Source: an uncultured candidatus Porisulfidus sp.
Lineage (GTDB): Bacteria; Pseudomonadota; Gammaproteobacteria; Poriferisulfidales; Poriferisulfidaceae
Reading direction: 5' to 3'
Assembly (NCBI GenBank): GCA_965204575.1
Contig: OZ241993.1
Coordinates: 768,001 to 832,000 of the forward strand
Length of the DNA: 64,000 bases
The position numbers and the translations under genes were made by a program. The notes under the pieces are model-generated. The model searched no databases and was not told where the DNA came from. It saw nothing but the letters and a program-made list of their open reading frames with translations. The first letter of the stretch is position 1. Every line of letters begins with the position of its first letter. Shown in pieces: positions 18,730-30,583 of this stretch.

Positions 18730-19980
18730 TTATGTTATCACGGAATATCGGCGCAGGGTCTCCACGTAGAGCTTGATTAATTGATTCCTGTCGCGGACGT
18801 GAACCTGCGCCTGTACACCGATGCGTTCCGCCTTGTCCGGGTGCTCCAGCCATTGTGAAAAAACCTGTCCAAGTTCGTCGACATCCTGCACCTGTCGCAG
18901 CCCGTCACAGTCCAGAAGGGCCTGAACCTCTGCCTCGAAATGATCGGTGTGAGGCCCGACCACACAGGCTTTGCCGAGCATTGCGGGTTCCATCACGTTG
19001 TGTCCCCCGCGCGGGACTAAGGACCCTCCCACAAACACGAAGGCGGCATGCCGCATCCACCACAGCGCTTCGCCCAGGGTGTCCGCCAGATAGGCCTGAT
19101 CGTCCGGGCGGGGTTGGCGGTCGCGGGAGTGCAGGCCGGCTCGCAGGCCGAGCGTTTCCAAGTGCTTCAGGATTTCCGGAGCGCGATCCGGATAGCGTGG
19201 CATCAACACCAGTAATTTGCCCCGGGGATCGAGCGTCTTCCATAATTTTGCGATCAACTTCTCCTCGTCTTTGTGCGTGGATACGGCCAGGATGTAAGGG
19301 CGTTGAATCGGGGCGCCGTCGGGGATGTCGTCGATGGCGGCTGCGTACTTGATATTGCCCAAGTTCTCGATCCGGTCGGGGGGTGCTCCCAGTGCGGCGA
19401 AGCGTTCGGCATCTTTTTCGCTTCGTGTCAGGATGCAGTGCAGTTGCTGTGCCGCTTGGCGCAATGCGGGGCGCAACGGGAAGGGGGGATTCTGCGTCCG
19501 CTGCGAGAGACGGGCGTTCACCAACGCCATGGGAATGTCCAACCGACGGGCCGCGTGAAAGAAATTCGGCCATAACTCGGTCTCGACGATCAGGATGGTT
19601 TTAGGATTCAGCCGTTTTAACCAGCGGCGAACCACCGAGACATGGTCTAAAGGGAAATAGATACAGGGGATTTCCGGCAGCAACGTGCGTGCCATACGCC
19701 GCCCAGTCGGAGTTCCGACACTGATGAAAAGATTGTGCTCGTTTTCAAGCAGTTCCCGTGCCAGTGGCAGGACTGCGCGGACTTCGCCAACCGAACAGCA
19801 GTGCAGACAGATTCGGTCTTTCAGGTCTGTCGGCAATCCGCTGGCATAACGCTGGCGCAGGTAACGCCTGCCGCCGTCGCGCAGAGAGCGCGATGCAGTG
19901 TACAGAAACGCGGGAATAGCGGCCGTGAATGCAAGCGCGCGATAGGTTAGGGGGGCGCGGCTTTCCAGTTCCGGTTTCAA
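18730..19980 (-). CDS. waaA: Kdo transferase
   Basis: LHCCSVGEV, YFPLD, IVETELWPN, NARLS, GNIKY, FVGGSLVPRGGHNVMEPA. Confidence 0.95.
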   Translation of the reverse strand: MKPELESRAPLTYRALAFTAAIPAFLYTASRSLRDGGRRYLRQRYASGLPTDLKDRICLHCCSVGEVRAVLPLARELLENEHNLFISVGTPTGRRMARTLLPEIPCIYFPLDHVSVVRRWLKRLNPKTILIVETELWPNFFHAARRLDIPMALVNARLSQRTQNPPFPLRPALRQAAQQLHCILTRSEKDAERFAALGAPPDRIENLGNIKYAAAIDDIPDGAPIQRPYILAVSTHKDEEKLIAKLWKTLDPRGKLLVLMPRYPDRAPEILKHLETLGLRAGLHSRDRQPRPDDQAYLADTLGEALWWMRHAAFVFVGGSLVPRGGHNVMEPAMLGKACVVGPHTDHFEAEVQALLDCDGLRQVQDVDELGQVFSQWLEHPDKAERIGVQAQVHVRDRNQLIKLYVETLRRYSVIT

Positions 19981-19985
19981 AATAT

Positions 19986-21311
19986 TCAGTCAAGCAGGCT
20001 GTTCGCCCACTCGATATCTTCCAAACTGAGCTGGCCTGTGGCTTGGCGCAGGCGCAAGGTGTCAACAATGTAATCGTAGCGGGCCTGTGAATAGTCGCGT
20101 TCGGCGGCATAAAGCCGACTGGTCGCCTGAACTACGTCGACCGTGTCGCGAGTGCCGGCCTCAAGGCCCGCCTGATGGGCTTCGAGGTCCACCCGGGCGG
20201 ACTCCAAGGCCCGTTCGAAGGCGCGAACCCGCGAAGTTCCGGCCGTGACATCGCGGTAGGCGGAGCGGACATCCTGTTCGACTTTACGTTGCGTGGCCAA
20301 TAGCTCTGCTTGGGCGGCTTCCCGCTCGAATATGGCCTGACGGGTGCGGTAATACGTTTCGCCTCCGGCCAGCAGCGGAACCTTCAACTGGATCGAAACG
20401 CGGTCCGCGTGCGTCTTGCTTCCGGCCGGGCTGAACACGCCGCCGGTATCCTCGCTATCACTCAGGCTGGCGTGCAGGTCCAGGGTCGGCCAGTGCTTGG
20501 CCTGTTCGAACCGTACGGTGTGGCGGGCCACATCCAGCGTGCGCTTCTGGATCAGATAGTCCAGGTTGTGTTCCAGTGCCGCCTCGGTCCATTCTTGGAT
20601 ATTGGCCGGGTTCGGCGGGACTGGCCGGAGTCGGTCCGACAGGGAAGATAGACTCTGGTGCGGATGGCCGGTGATCACGGCCAGAGCTTCCAACTGGTTT
20701 TCCAGGAGGTTTTGAGCCTCGATCTCCCTTGCCACCGCCAGATCGTAGGAGGCCTGGGTCTCCTTGACTTCGACGATGGCGGTCAGCCCGACTTGGAAAC
20801 GCGCCTCGGCCTGTTCCAGTTGCAGGGCAATGGCGTCTTTCTCCTTGCGCGAAAACAGGGTGCCGTCTTGGGCGGCCAGGACGTCGAAATAGGCTTCGGC
20901 CGTTCGTACGACCAACTTCTGGCGAGCCGCGTCGCGTTGTGCCAGCGCCCGGGCGGTACTGGCGCCGGCGCGGTCCAGTTCAACGTACAGGTCGTGGTGG
21001 TACAGGGTCTGCGTGAGGGTCAGCCGGTCGTTCCGGGTGGTGAATCGGGCACGGCCGCTTCTGCCGAAACTCTCTCCGGCGACTGACTGGCGGGTTTCGG
21101 AAAGGTCATATTCGAACGCGATGTGCGGCAACCAGTTCGACCGGGCGATAGCGTCCCCTTGGGCGGTAGCCTGATAGCGGGCCTCGGCCACCTGCAACTC
21201 GGCGTCGTTCTGCTGGGCCAGCAGGTAGATGTCGAGCAGGCTGTCGCCGGCGTGCGCGATGCCGGCCAGGCTGCACGCGAGCAGGGTTGTGAGGTGCTTC
21301 AACCAAGTCAT
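19986..21311 (-). CDS. tolC: TolC family outer membrane channel
   Basis: Signal peptide, SLLDIYLLAQQND, AEAYFDVLAAQ, GTRDTVDV, ARYDY..LRLRQATGQL; conserved pcm-rhodanese-tolC-waaA order. Confidence 0.93.
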   Translation of the reverse strand: MTWLKHLTTLLACSLAGIAHAGDSLLDIYLLAQQNDAELQVAEARYQATAQGDAIARSNWLPHIAFEYDLSETRQSVAGESFGRSGRARFTTRNDRLTLTQTLYHHDLYVELDRAGASTARALAQRDAARQKLVVRTAEAYFDVLAAQDGTLFSRKEKDAIALQLEQAEARFQVGLTAIVEVKETQASYDLAVAREIEAQNLLENQLEALAVITGHPHQSLSSLSDRLRPVPPNPANIQEWTEAALEHNLDYLIQKRTLDVARHTVRFEQAKHWPTLDLHASLSDSEDTGGVFSPAGSKTHADRVSIQLKVPLLAGGETYYRTRQAIFEREAAQAELLATQRKVEQDVRSAYRDVTAGTSRVRAFERALESARVDLEAHQAGLEAGTRDTVDVVQATSRLYAAERDYSQARYDYIVDTLRLRQATGQLSLEDIEWANSLLD

Positions 21312-21342
21312 AGCCAGTTCAAGGTGTCTGCCATATGTTGCA

Positions 21343-21666
21343 CTAGTATGTGGGGACGTCGGGGTCGATCTGTCGTGCCCAGGCGTCGATGCCCCCATCC
21401 AGGTTCAGGACATTTGAGAACTGCATGTGCTGTTCGAGGAACAGGCAAACCGAGCGGCTGCGAATGCCGTGGTGGCAGAGCACCACGGTTTCCCGGTCTG
21501 GGTCCAGTTCCTGCAGCCGGGCGGTCAACTCTTTCATGGGAATGCAATGACTGTGCGGCAGGCAGGCGCGTTCGATCTCCCAGGGTTCGCGGACATCCAG
21601 GAGCAATGGAAGCGGGGCGTCCGAGTCCAGACGTTGCTTGAGTTCGGTCGGAGAAATGTTCCGCAT
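21343..21666 (-). CDS. Single-domain rhodanese/sulfurtransferase
   Basis: LLDVREPWE, CHHGIRS active loop, NLDGGIDAW, DPDVPTY. Confidence 0.92.
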   Translation of the reverse strand: MRNISPTELKQRLDSDAPLPLLLDVREPWEIERACLPHSHCIPMKELTARLQELDPDRETVVLCHHGIRSRSVCLFLEQHMQFSNVLNLDGGIDAWARQIDPDVPTY

Positions 21667-21668
21667 GG

Positions 21669-22307
21669 TTAGGCGGAGGCAGTGGCAGGGACGATGGGAT
21701 CCAATTCCAGTTCGAACAGCCTGTTGCAGGAAGTTTTATCGGATCCGTACTGGCGAATCAGGCAGGCCTCCATCACTGGGGGGTGGCCGACCACGACGAA
21801 CAGGCGGCCGGAAGATTTCAGCCACTGCTCGAAATGGGGGTCGTAGTCTGGCATCGAAGCGGTGATCACAACCGCATCGTAGCGGATGTGCGTCTGAAAG
21901 GACCAGGCGTTTATGGCACGGACGGAAACATCGGGGTCGATCCGGGCAGCCAATACGTCTTCTGCGGCTGCCGCGAGTTCCGGATGAATTTCAAGGCTGT
22001 CGACCCGGACATGGAGGTGCCGCATGCAGGCAGTCAGGAAACCCGAGCCGGTGCCGACCTCCAGCACGCGTTCCCCTGGTCGCAGGTCGAGAGACTGCAA
22101 CAGAAGCCCCTGGTTACGAGGGGACATCATGTGCTGTCCGCAGGGCAGGGGGATGACCGTATCCGCGAAAGCCTGCCGGGCATAGTCGGGAGGGACGAAA
22201 TTTTCCCGGTTAACCTCTAAAAAGGTATTCAACACGCGTGTATCGAGGACGGAGCTTCCGCGCAATTGCTGCTCCACCATGTTGCGGCGGGCTGTTTCGA
22301 TTTCCAT
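21669..22307 (-). CDS. pcm: Protein-L-isoaspartate O-methyltransferase family
   Basis: ARRNMVEQQLR, RENFVP, VLEVGTGSGF SAM motif, GRLFVVVG. Confidence 0.88.
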   Translation of the reverse strand: MEIETARRNMVEQQLRGSSVLDTRVLNTFLEVNRENFVPPDYARQAFADTVIPLPCGQHMMSPRNQGLLLQSLDLRPGERVLEVGTGSGFLTACMRHLHVRVDSLEIHPELAAAAEDVLAARIDPDVSVRAINAWSFQTHIRYDAVVITASMPDYDPHFEQWLKSSGRLFVVVGHPPVMEACLIRQYGSDKTSCNRLFELELDPIVPATASA

Positions 22308-22395
22308 GTGATGGGCGGGAAGGCTTGCGCACGCTTGCAACGTGCCATTTTACAAGGTCGCGGCACTGTCCGCTTGTTGCTTTTTTCGCGTAAAA

Positions 22396-24336
<1,941 letters not shown>

Positions 24337-24370
24337 CTAAAGTTCGCCGCTCAAGTTTGAGGCTTTCCCC

Positions 24371-24607
24371 ATGTCACGGATCTGCCAGGTCACCGGCAAG
24401 CGCCCGATGTCGGGCAACAACGTTTCGCACGCGCACAACAAGACGCGGCGACGTTTCCTGCCGAACCTCCACACCCAGCGCTTCTGGGTGGAAAGCGAGA
24501 ACCGCTGGGTCAAGTTGCGGGTCTCCCGGAAGGGGATGCGGATCATTGACAAGAAAGGCATTGAAGTGGTTCTGAGCGAAATTCGCGGCCGCGGCGAGCG
24601 GGTCTGA
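24371..24607 (+). CDS. rpmB: 50S ribosomal protein L28
   Basis: [33 protein letters not shown]. Confidence 0.98.
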   Translation: MSRICQVTGKRPMSGNNVSHAHNKTRRRFLPNLHTQRFWVESENRWVKLRVSRKGMRIIDKKGIEVVLSEIRGRGERV

Positions 24608-24612
24608 CGATC

Positions 24613-24780
24613 ATGGCCAAGGCAGTCCGTGAGAAGGTCAAGCTGGTTTCAAGCGCCGGCACGGGTCACTACTACACGACGACCAGGAACAAACGTACCG
24701 CGACCGGCAAGTTGGAAATCAAGAAGTACGATCCGGTCGTGCGCAAGCACGTCCTCTACAAGGAATCGAAGATCAAGTAA
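24613..24780 (+). CDS. rpmG: 50S ribosomal protein L33
   Basis: Manual translation [55 protein letters not shown] (55 aa, below the ORF-track cutoff). Confidence 0.97.
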   Translation: MAKAVREKVKLVSSAGTGHYYTTTRNKRTATGKLEIKKYDPVVRKHVLYKESKIK

Positions 24781-24822
24781 GGGCCGGGCGACCCCGCCCG
24801 ACTTTCCCGTCAAAAGCGTGAA

Positions 24823-25137
24823 CTACTCCGGGCAGGCGCACTCGCACTCGCCGCGGCTGTTCCAGCAACACGCACCTTTAATTTCCTTGGTCTCATCCTT
24901 CCAGATACCACAATTTCCTCCGGTGGTCCTTTGACCCATCGGATCCTTGATGCGGAAGCCGTACCGGCCTCCTGCAACGATGGTGACGTACTTGGGAGTG
25001 GGCTCCTCGCCTGCCGCGGCTTCGGTTTGCGCATCCTCGTCGCCGAACCAGGAGGCGGCATTGCCCATGGTTTCACAGCCTGCCAGGGTGAGGGGGAAGA
25101 AGAGAGCCAAAATCCAGAAGTGTTTTTTCATAGACAT
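24823..25137 (-). CDS. Small lipoprotein with Cys-rich C-terminus
   Basis: MKKHFW..hydrophobic..LAGC lipobox; ends NCG..ACCWNSRGECECACPE. Confidence 0.7.
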   Translation of the reverse strand: MSMKKHFWILALFFPLTLAGCETMGNAASWFGDEDAQTEAAAGEEPTPKYVTIVAGGRYGFRIKDPMGQRTTGGNCGIWKDETKEIKGACCWNSRGECECACPE

Positions 25138-25170
25138 AGGAAACCGAAACATTAAATTTGAATGGGTAAA

Positions 25171-26367
25171 TCAGGCCGGGCGCAGCGAATAGCGGGATAA
25201 CCGCCGCGCAAACTGCTGAAGCCCGGCGATGCCGGTTTGTTCAGCTTCCGAGCACCACTCGTTCAGCCGGGTCCGCATGATCCGGTAGCCCTCGTTGCGG
25301 GCGCGGATGATTTCCTGCAGCCGCTGTTGGTAGCGGACGACTTCTTGCACCCGGGGGCATTGCGACAAGATCTGCTGAAACTGGTCGTGATCGAATGGCG
25401 TCAGCCGGTGCTCCAAGGTCGGCAGCATCTTGATCAGCCGTTTGAGTCGGCGGCGGTAGTGCCCGGTTGCGTTGCGCATCTCGGCGCGCAACGTGGGAAG
25501 CAGCACTTTCCGGGCGTATTGGCCCATGACGGTGATCCGGCTGCTGATCAGGGCCTGCATCGTTTCTTGGTCGATCTGGGTTTTCGCATGGCGCAGCTTC
25601 AAGCGGGGTGCCTGATGCAGCACCTTGGCCATCCGCAGCATGCGCAGCAGGCGGATGTACATCCAGCCGATGTCGAACTCCCACCAGCGCATCGAAAACC
25701 GGGCCGAGGACGGATACGCGTGATGATTGTTGTGCATTTCCTCGCCGCCGATCAGGATGCCGATGTTGACGATGTTGGTGGAGAGGTCGTCCGTGGCGAA
25801 GGATCGATAGCCGAACCAGTGGCCGATGCCGTTGATCACGCCTGCGGCGAAAAACGGGATCCACATCATCTGGATCGCCCATATGGCAATCCCCGGCAGC
25901 CCGAACAGGATCAGTTGCACGAGCAGCAGCAGAATGATGCCGATGTTTCGACGGGGGGAATACAGGCGCCGTTCCAGGAAATCGTCTGGCGTGCCGCTGC
26001 CGTAACGGCGCAGGGTGTCTTCCCGTGCGGCTTCCTTCTGGTACAGGTTGACGCCGTCCCACAGTACGGCGCGAATCCCGGAGACGGCCGGGCTGTGCGG
26101 GTCGTCGCAGGTCTCGCAGGTCGCATGGTGCTTGCGGTGCACCGCCACCCACTCCCGGGTCTCCATGCCGGTGGTCAGCCAGAGCCAGAACCGGAAGAAG
26201 TGTTGAACCAGCGGATTCAGGCGTAATCCCCGGTGAGCCTGCTCGCGGTGCAGGAAAAGTGTCACCGCCACGATGGTGATATGGGTCAGCCCCAAAACCA
26301 GGAGGAAATAGCCCCACACCGGCAGCAAGAACAGGCCGTGCCAGAAGGCGATCAGTTCGCTTGTCAA
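25171..26367 (-). CDS. desA: Delta-9 fatty acid desaturase (DesA type)
   Basis: His boxes HREQAH, HRKHH, HNNHH; WWEFDIGW. Start uncertain (TTG 26367 chosen). Confidence 0.92.
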   Translation of the reverse strand: MTSELIAFWHGLFLLPVWGYFLLVLGLTHITIVAVTLFLHREQAHRGLRLNPLVQHFFRFWLWLTTGMETREWVAVHRKHHATCETCDDPHSPAVSGIRAVLWDGVNLYQKEAAREDTLRRYGSGTPDDFLERRLYSPRRNIGIILLLLVQLILFGLPGIAIWAIQMMWIPFFAAGVINGIGHWFGYRSFATDDLSTNIVNIGILIGGEEMHNNHHAYPSSARFSMRWWEFDIGWMYIRLLRMLRMAKVLHQAPRLKLRHAKTQIDQETMQALISSRITVMGQYARKVLLPTLRAEMRNATGHYRRRLKRLIKMLPTLEHRLTPFDHDQFQQILSQCPRVQEVVRYQQRLQEIIRARNEGYRIMRTRLNEWCSEAEQTGIAGLQQFARRLSRYSLRPA

Positions 26368-26389
26368 GGCAATGTGTGGGTCAGGAGAA

Positions 26390-28348
26390 TCAGGGTTCGC
26401 GTTGCAGCCGGATATTACCATACGCGTCCACTTCGGCGCGCCAGTCGGGGGAGACCCGGATCGTGGCGGTATCCTCCAGGATGATGGCCGGTCCCTTCAT
26501 TGTCTGCCCGATCGCCAGTTCGGCGCGCGAATAGACGGGAACCGGATCGTCAAGGCCGTACACCGCCACGCGATCGAAGGGGTCTGCCGGTTCCTGCACC
26601 GTCCAGGGAGGCAGGGTTGGCGGGGGAGCCGGATCCCTCAGGTTGAGCCGGAGGTTGACCAGCTCGACCGGCATGTCAAGCGTGTAGCCATAGCATTCCC
26701 GGTGATGCGCATGAAAATCCGCCTCCGTCCGGGCGATCGAGACCCAGGGCAGGCGCAGGACTTCGGATTGCCCCTTGTAACGCAGGTCCAGGTCTCGCGT
26801 TTGCCGCCAGGCCCGCGAAACCTCACCCCCGGTCTCTTCGTGTATTTGCTCGGCGAGCGTGTCGAAGCGCTGCTCGATTTCAGCCTCGTCCATGTCCTGC
26901 AAGCGGCCCGGGACGGTCTGGGAGAGTTCCCGACCTTGCGGCGCCAGCAGCAGGCCTAAGGCAGAGAAGATCCCGGCGTGCACTGGAATCATCGCCTGCG
27001 TCATCGACAGCGCGTCCGCCAGTTCGCACAAGTGCAAGCCGCCGGCTCCCCCGAATGCCATCAGCACGAAATCCTTCGGGTTATGTCCTTGGCGTACCGA
27101 GACGACGCGAAGCGCCTGCGCCATGTTTTCATTCACCAGGTGGACGATGCCTTGCGCGGTCTCGTTCGAATCCAGTTCCAATTCCTGTGCCAGTCGACCG
27201 ACCGCCAACTTTGCGGCTTCAACATCCAGGGGAAGGTCTCCCGCCAGACGGGTTTGCGCCGGCAGCCATCCCAGCACGACATTCGCATCGGTCACAGTCG
27301 GTTCCGTGCCCCCTCGCGCGTAGCAAGCAGGGCCAGGCCGGCTCCCGGCGGAACGCGGACCCACCCGGAGCAGATGGCCGCTGTCGCGATACGCCAACGA
27401 TCCTCCGCCCGCGCCAATGGTATGCATATCCGCCATCGGTACCGAGACCGGCCAGCCGCCGATCTTCCCCTTGGAAGTCATCTTGATGTCGCCGTCGATC
27501 AGTGCCACATCAGTGGAGGTCCCGCCCATGTCCAGGCTCAGGATTCGCCCGCATCCGGCCTGGCGGCCGATTTGAAGGGCCGCAGCCAGTCCGCCCGCCG
27601 GACCAGACAGCAAAAGCCGCACCGCATGGCGGGCGGCCAACTGACCCGGCAAGGTGGCCCCGTGGCTTTGCATGGTATCCAGCCGAGCTTTCGGCAGGGA
27701 CTGATGCAGTTCATCGATATATCGACCGACCCGCGGGCCGACGTAACTGTTCAGCCAGGTTGCCATGCCGCGCTCGTATTCGCGGATTTCCGGCAGGACT
27801 TCGGAAGACCGGGAGACAAACAGGCCTTTCGGCAGGGCCTCCTCGATCCGCCGCTCGTGGCGGTCGTCCAGGAACGAGAACAGGAAATTGATGGCCACCG
27901 CCTCGGGTTTCAGGGCTTCGATCTTGCGGCACAGTTCATCCAGGTCCGCCTCGGTCAGCGACTCCAGTTCCTCCCCGTCGAATGCCAGGCGCCCACCGGT
28001 TTCGAGACAAAGGTCCGCCGGAACGGGCGGCTCTTCGAGAGGGGGCGTCAGGTTATACAGTTCGGAGCGGGCTTGGCGTCCCAGGCTCAAGATGTCGGCG
28101 AATCCGCGGTTGGTGATGTAGACGCAACGGGCGCCCTTGCGCTCCAACACGGCATTGGTGGCGACGGTCGTTCCGTGAACCAGGTGAAAAGCCTGCTGCA
28201 GGTCGATGCCCAGCTCCCGAAGGCCGTGCAGGATCGCCCGCGCCGGGTAATCCGGATCGGATGGCACCTTGTGGACTCGCCACGTTTCGCCGTCCAGCAC
28301 GGTGAAGTCCGTGAATGTGCCGCCGGTATCAATGCCGATGGGCATCAT
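26390..28348 (-). CDS. Hydantoinase A/5-oxoprolinase family protein
   Basis: GIDTGGTFTD, HGTTVATNA, LLSGPAGG, DMGGTSTD, GAGGGS, FGGAGGLH. Confidence 0.95.
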   Translation of the reverse strand: MMPIGIDTGGTFTDFTVLDGETWRVHKVPSDPDYPARAILHGLRELGIDLQQAFHLVHGTTVATNAVLERKGARCVYITNRGFADILSLGRQARSELYNLTPPLEEPPVPADLCLETGGRLAFDGEELESLTEADLDELCRKIEALKPEAVAINFLFSFLDDRHERRIEEALPKGLFVSRSSEVLPEIREYERGMATWLNSYVGPRVGRYIDELHQSLPKARLDTMQSHGATLPGQLAARHAVRLLLSGPAGGLAAALQIGRQAGCGRILSLDMGGTSTDVALIDGDIKMTSKGKIGGWPVSVPMADMHTIGAGGGSLAYRDSGHLLRVGPRSAGSRPGPACYARGGTEPTVTDANVVLGWLPAQTRLAGDLPLDVEAAKLAVGRLAQELELDSNETAQGIVHLVNENMAQALRVVSVRQGHNPKDFVLMAFGGAGGLHLCELADALSMTQAMIPVHAGIFSALGLLLAPQGRELSQTVPGRLQDMDEAEIEQRFDTLAEQIHEETGGEVSRAWRQTRDLDLRYKGQSEVLRLPWVSIARTEADFHAHHRECYGYTLDMPVELVNLRLNLRDPAPPPTLPPWTVQEPADPFDRVAVYGLDDPVPVYSRAELAIGQTMKGPAIILEDTATIRVSPDWRAEVDAYGNIRLQREP

Positions 28349-28418
28349 CTGCTTGCATTCGACCCGATGTTAAAATGTAGATTCTTCTGAGAGGCCGTTG
28401 GTTCCGGCGTTTTTGTTC

Positions 28419-29405
28419 ATGTCTTCGAGGTTGCCAAGCTTCCAAATCGAGTATTTTTCGGATCCGGTTTTTCCTCAACACTCCGAACAAACCATTGTGC
28501 GTATCTTATACGGTGCGCGCACGGAGGCGGGTGAATCCGGGCTGGAATTGGGGTTGCCGCCGCTGGGCGTTCCGGCCCTGTGCGAGCATTGGACCAGCGA
28601 CTGTATCGAGCGGCGTGGAGAAAGCCGGGGATTCCGGTTTGTCTGCTTTGGCTCGCGGATGTTCGCGTACGCGGTGTTCAAGGAGGATTCCCTGGACCTT
28701 GAAGCTCTCACGCAACAGGTTTATCGCGACCTGCTTCGGCTTGCACGGGAACAGGGATATCCCTGGATATTGCGCGTATGGAACTATTTTCCGGATATTG
28801 TGGGGTCGGCCGGAGACCTCAACCGCTACCAGTCATTCTGCGAAGGCCGTCGCCGGGCTCTGATGGAAGATGGGCGGGGGGCCGACCAGTCGCTGCCCGC
28901 GGTGACCACCTCGGGCAGCTTTGCGCCGGGATTCGCCGTGTATTTTCTGGCTGGGAAGGAAGCCGGCCAGTCGCTGGAAAACCCCCGACAAACGGCCCCT
29001 TCGGACTATCCCGAGCACTTGGGGCCTCACGGTCCTTCATTTTGCCGCGGCGTCTCGCATGCGGCTGACGGGCAAGCCGCCCTGTACCTGTCCGGGACCG
29101 CCAGCATCACGGGACACGAAACGCAACATCGCGGGGATGCGGCGGCGCAGGCCCGGGAAGTTCTGCACAATCATGCAGCCGTGATCGAACAGGCCCGCAT
29201 CGAGGGCGCATCGCGCCCCGAGCGGCTTCACGACCTCCCGTTCGAGAAGGTCTATCTGGCGAATCCGGAGAATCTGCCGCAAGTACAGGATGAAGTGAGG
29301 GCCATCATCGGTCCGGACACACCGTGTTATTTCCTGCATAGTTGCTTGTGCCGGAACGATCTTCTCTTGGAGATGGAAAGCACTATCTTCGATGAGTCTG
29401 CTTAA
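28419..29405 (+). CDS. Chorismatase FkbO/Hyg5/XanB2-like protein
   Basis: LRVWNYFPDI, RYQSFCEGR, LENPRQ..YP..GP.GPSFCR, LSGTASITGHET.H.GD, LCRNDLLLEME. Confidence 0.85.
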   Translation: MSSRLPSFQIEYFSDPVFPQHSEQTIVRILYGARTEAGESGLELGLPPLGVPALCEHWTSDCIERRGESRGFRFVCFGSRMFAYAVFKEDSLDLEALTQQVYRDLLRLAREQGYPWILRVWNYFPDIVGSAGDLNRYQSFCEGRRRALMEDGRGADQSLPAVTTSGSFAPGFAVYFLAGKEAGQSLENPRQTAPSDYPEHLGPHGPSFCRGVSHAADGQAALYLSGTASITGHETQHRGDAAAQAREVLHNHAAVIEQARIEGASRPERLHDLPFEKVYLANPENLPQVQDEVRAIIGPDTPCYFLHSCLCRNDLLLEMESTIFDESA

Positions 29406-30204
29406 CCTTCCTCACGCGGTTCCCCGAGTCATCCTGTTCGACTGGCACGCCACGCTGGTGGACACGCACGACGCGATGTACCACGCGATCGATGAAATCC
29501 TGCCCAGGCTGAGGGACTTGGGGTTGTACGAGCGAATGATTTCGGTCAAGCAAAGCCGGACTCTCGAGGATGCCAAGCTGGTCCAGTATGTGCGCCAGCA
29601 CGGGCAGCTGCACCCCAAGGTCCGAAAAGCCCGGAAAGTCTCGAGGACCGACATCTTCGAAGTCCTGTTCGGACACGACCAGGAAGCCAAGGACATGGCG
29701 CACCGCGCGTTTGATGCCGCCTACCGGACCCATTGCGGGGAGGTGACGCCGCTGGAGCCGGACGTTTTGAAGACGATGGAGCACCTGCGGGAAATGGAGA
29801 TTCGCCTGGGCCTCCTGAGCAACCGCAACCGGGAGTTCGTGGAGCAGGAAATCGAAGCACTTGGAGAAGACGGCTGGCGGGAGAGTTTCGACACGATGGT
29901 CTGCGGCGATGACGTGCCGAGGCGCAAGCCGCATCCGGACCAGGTCCAGGCCGCGCTCAGCCGTCTCGGTGAACGCGCCGGCCTTCATTGCTGGTACGTC
30001 GGGGACAGCACGACCGACGTGGCGGCCGCCTGCAAGGCAAAAATCGCGGCGGTGTTCTACAACGGGGCAAACTGGAAACAGGACTGGATCGATCGGATTT
30101 TCCCCGGCACCGTAAGCTATCCACACCGCCCGCACGCGGTGGTGGCCAACCTGCACGAACTGCTGCACCAGGTGCGGATACTGAAGTACGCAGTCTCCGA
30201 ATAG
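29392..30204 (+). CDS. HAD superfamily hydrolase
   Basis: ILFDWHATLVDT, LLSNR, KPHPD, YVGDSTTD; overlaps the upstream gene. Confidence 0.9.
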   Translation: MSLLNLPHAVPRVILFDWHATLVDTHDAMYHAIDEILPRLRDLGLYERMISVKQSRTLEDAKLVQYVRQHGQLHPKVRKARKVSRTDIFEVLFGHDQEAKDMAHRAFDAAYRTHCGEVTPLEPDVLKTMEHLREMEIRLGLLSNRNREFVEQEIEALGEDGWRESFDTMVCGDDVPRRKPHPDQVQAALSRLGERAGLHCWYVGDSTTDVAAACKAKIAAVFYNGANWKQDWIDRIFPGTVSYPHRPHAVVANLHELLHQVRILKYAVSE

Positions 30205-30214
30205 TGTGGCGCGC

Positions 30215-30559
30215 CTAGGATTCCGGGATTTCCAGCCGGGTCTGCCATTCCACGTGCAACGCGTTTTCTTTCAGGTTCGGCCCCTTGGGGCCGCCATGCG
30301 AGACGCTGTGGCTTTGCGGGCCGTACACGTAGTCCAGATAGGCGAATACCGCATCTGCCAGGCCCACGCAGGGTAGGGTGAAGTCGGACGTCACCTGCGG
30401 CTGGTCCTCGCCGTCGACCTGGATGACGTGCGCCATGTGGTGGGCGTGCAGCTTGCCCTGGTACTCGACGTCGAACAGTACCTTCGACACCAGGGTCTGG
30501 CCTTCTTGACGGACCTCGTCCGGGAACAGGCCGTGGAACGTGAACAGAGCGGAAGACAT
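30215..30559 (-). CDS. Hypothetical protein
   Basis: 114-aa ORF with host-like codon usage, fills the gap; family not recognised. Confidence 0.6.
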   Translation of the reverse strand: MSSALFTFHGLFPDEVRQEGQTLVSKVLFDVEYQGKLHAHHMAHVIQVDGEDQPQVTSDFTLPCVGLADAVFAYLDYVYGPQSHSVSHGGPKGPNLKENALHVEWQTRLEIPES

Positions 30560-30583
30560 GGTGAGGAAGAGTAATATAGCTAT

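Noticed and set aside
25171-25560. Transposase-like C-terminal region of the desaturase
   Set aside because: This helical extension is a normal part of proteobacterial DesA; no inverted repeats or DDE context.
26390-28348. Hydantoinase A without its B subunit (and dctP without dctQM) as signs of decay
   Set aside because: ORFs are intact and partners are often encoded elsewhere; cannot be judged from one window.
26978-28390. Long antisense or alternate-frame ORFs (e.g. 26978..28390, 41903..43051, 43023..44069, 57346..58407, 61673..62740)
   Set aside because: Shadow ORFs of well-supported genes in GC-rich DNA; no motifs or RBS.
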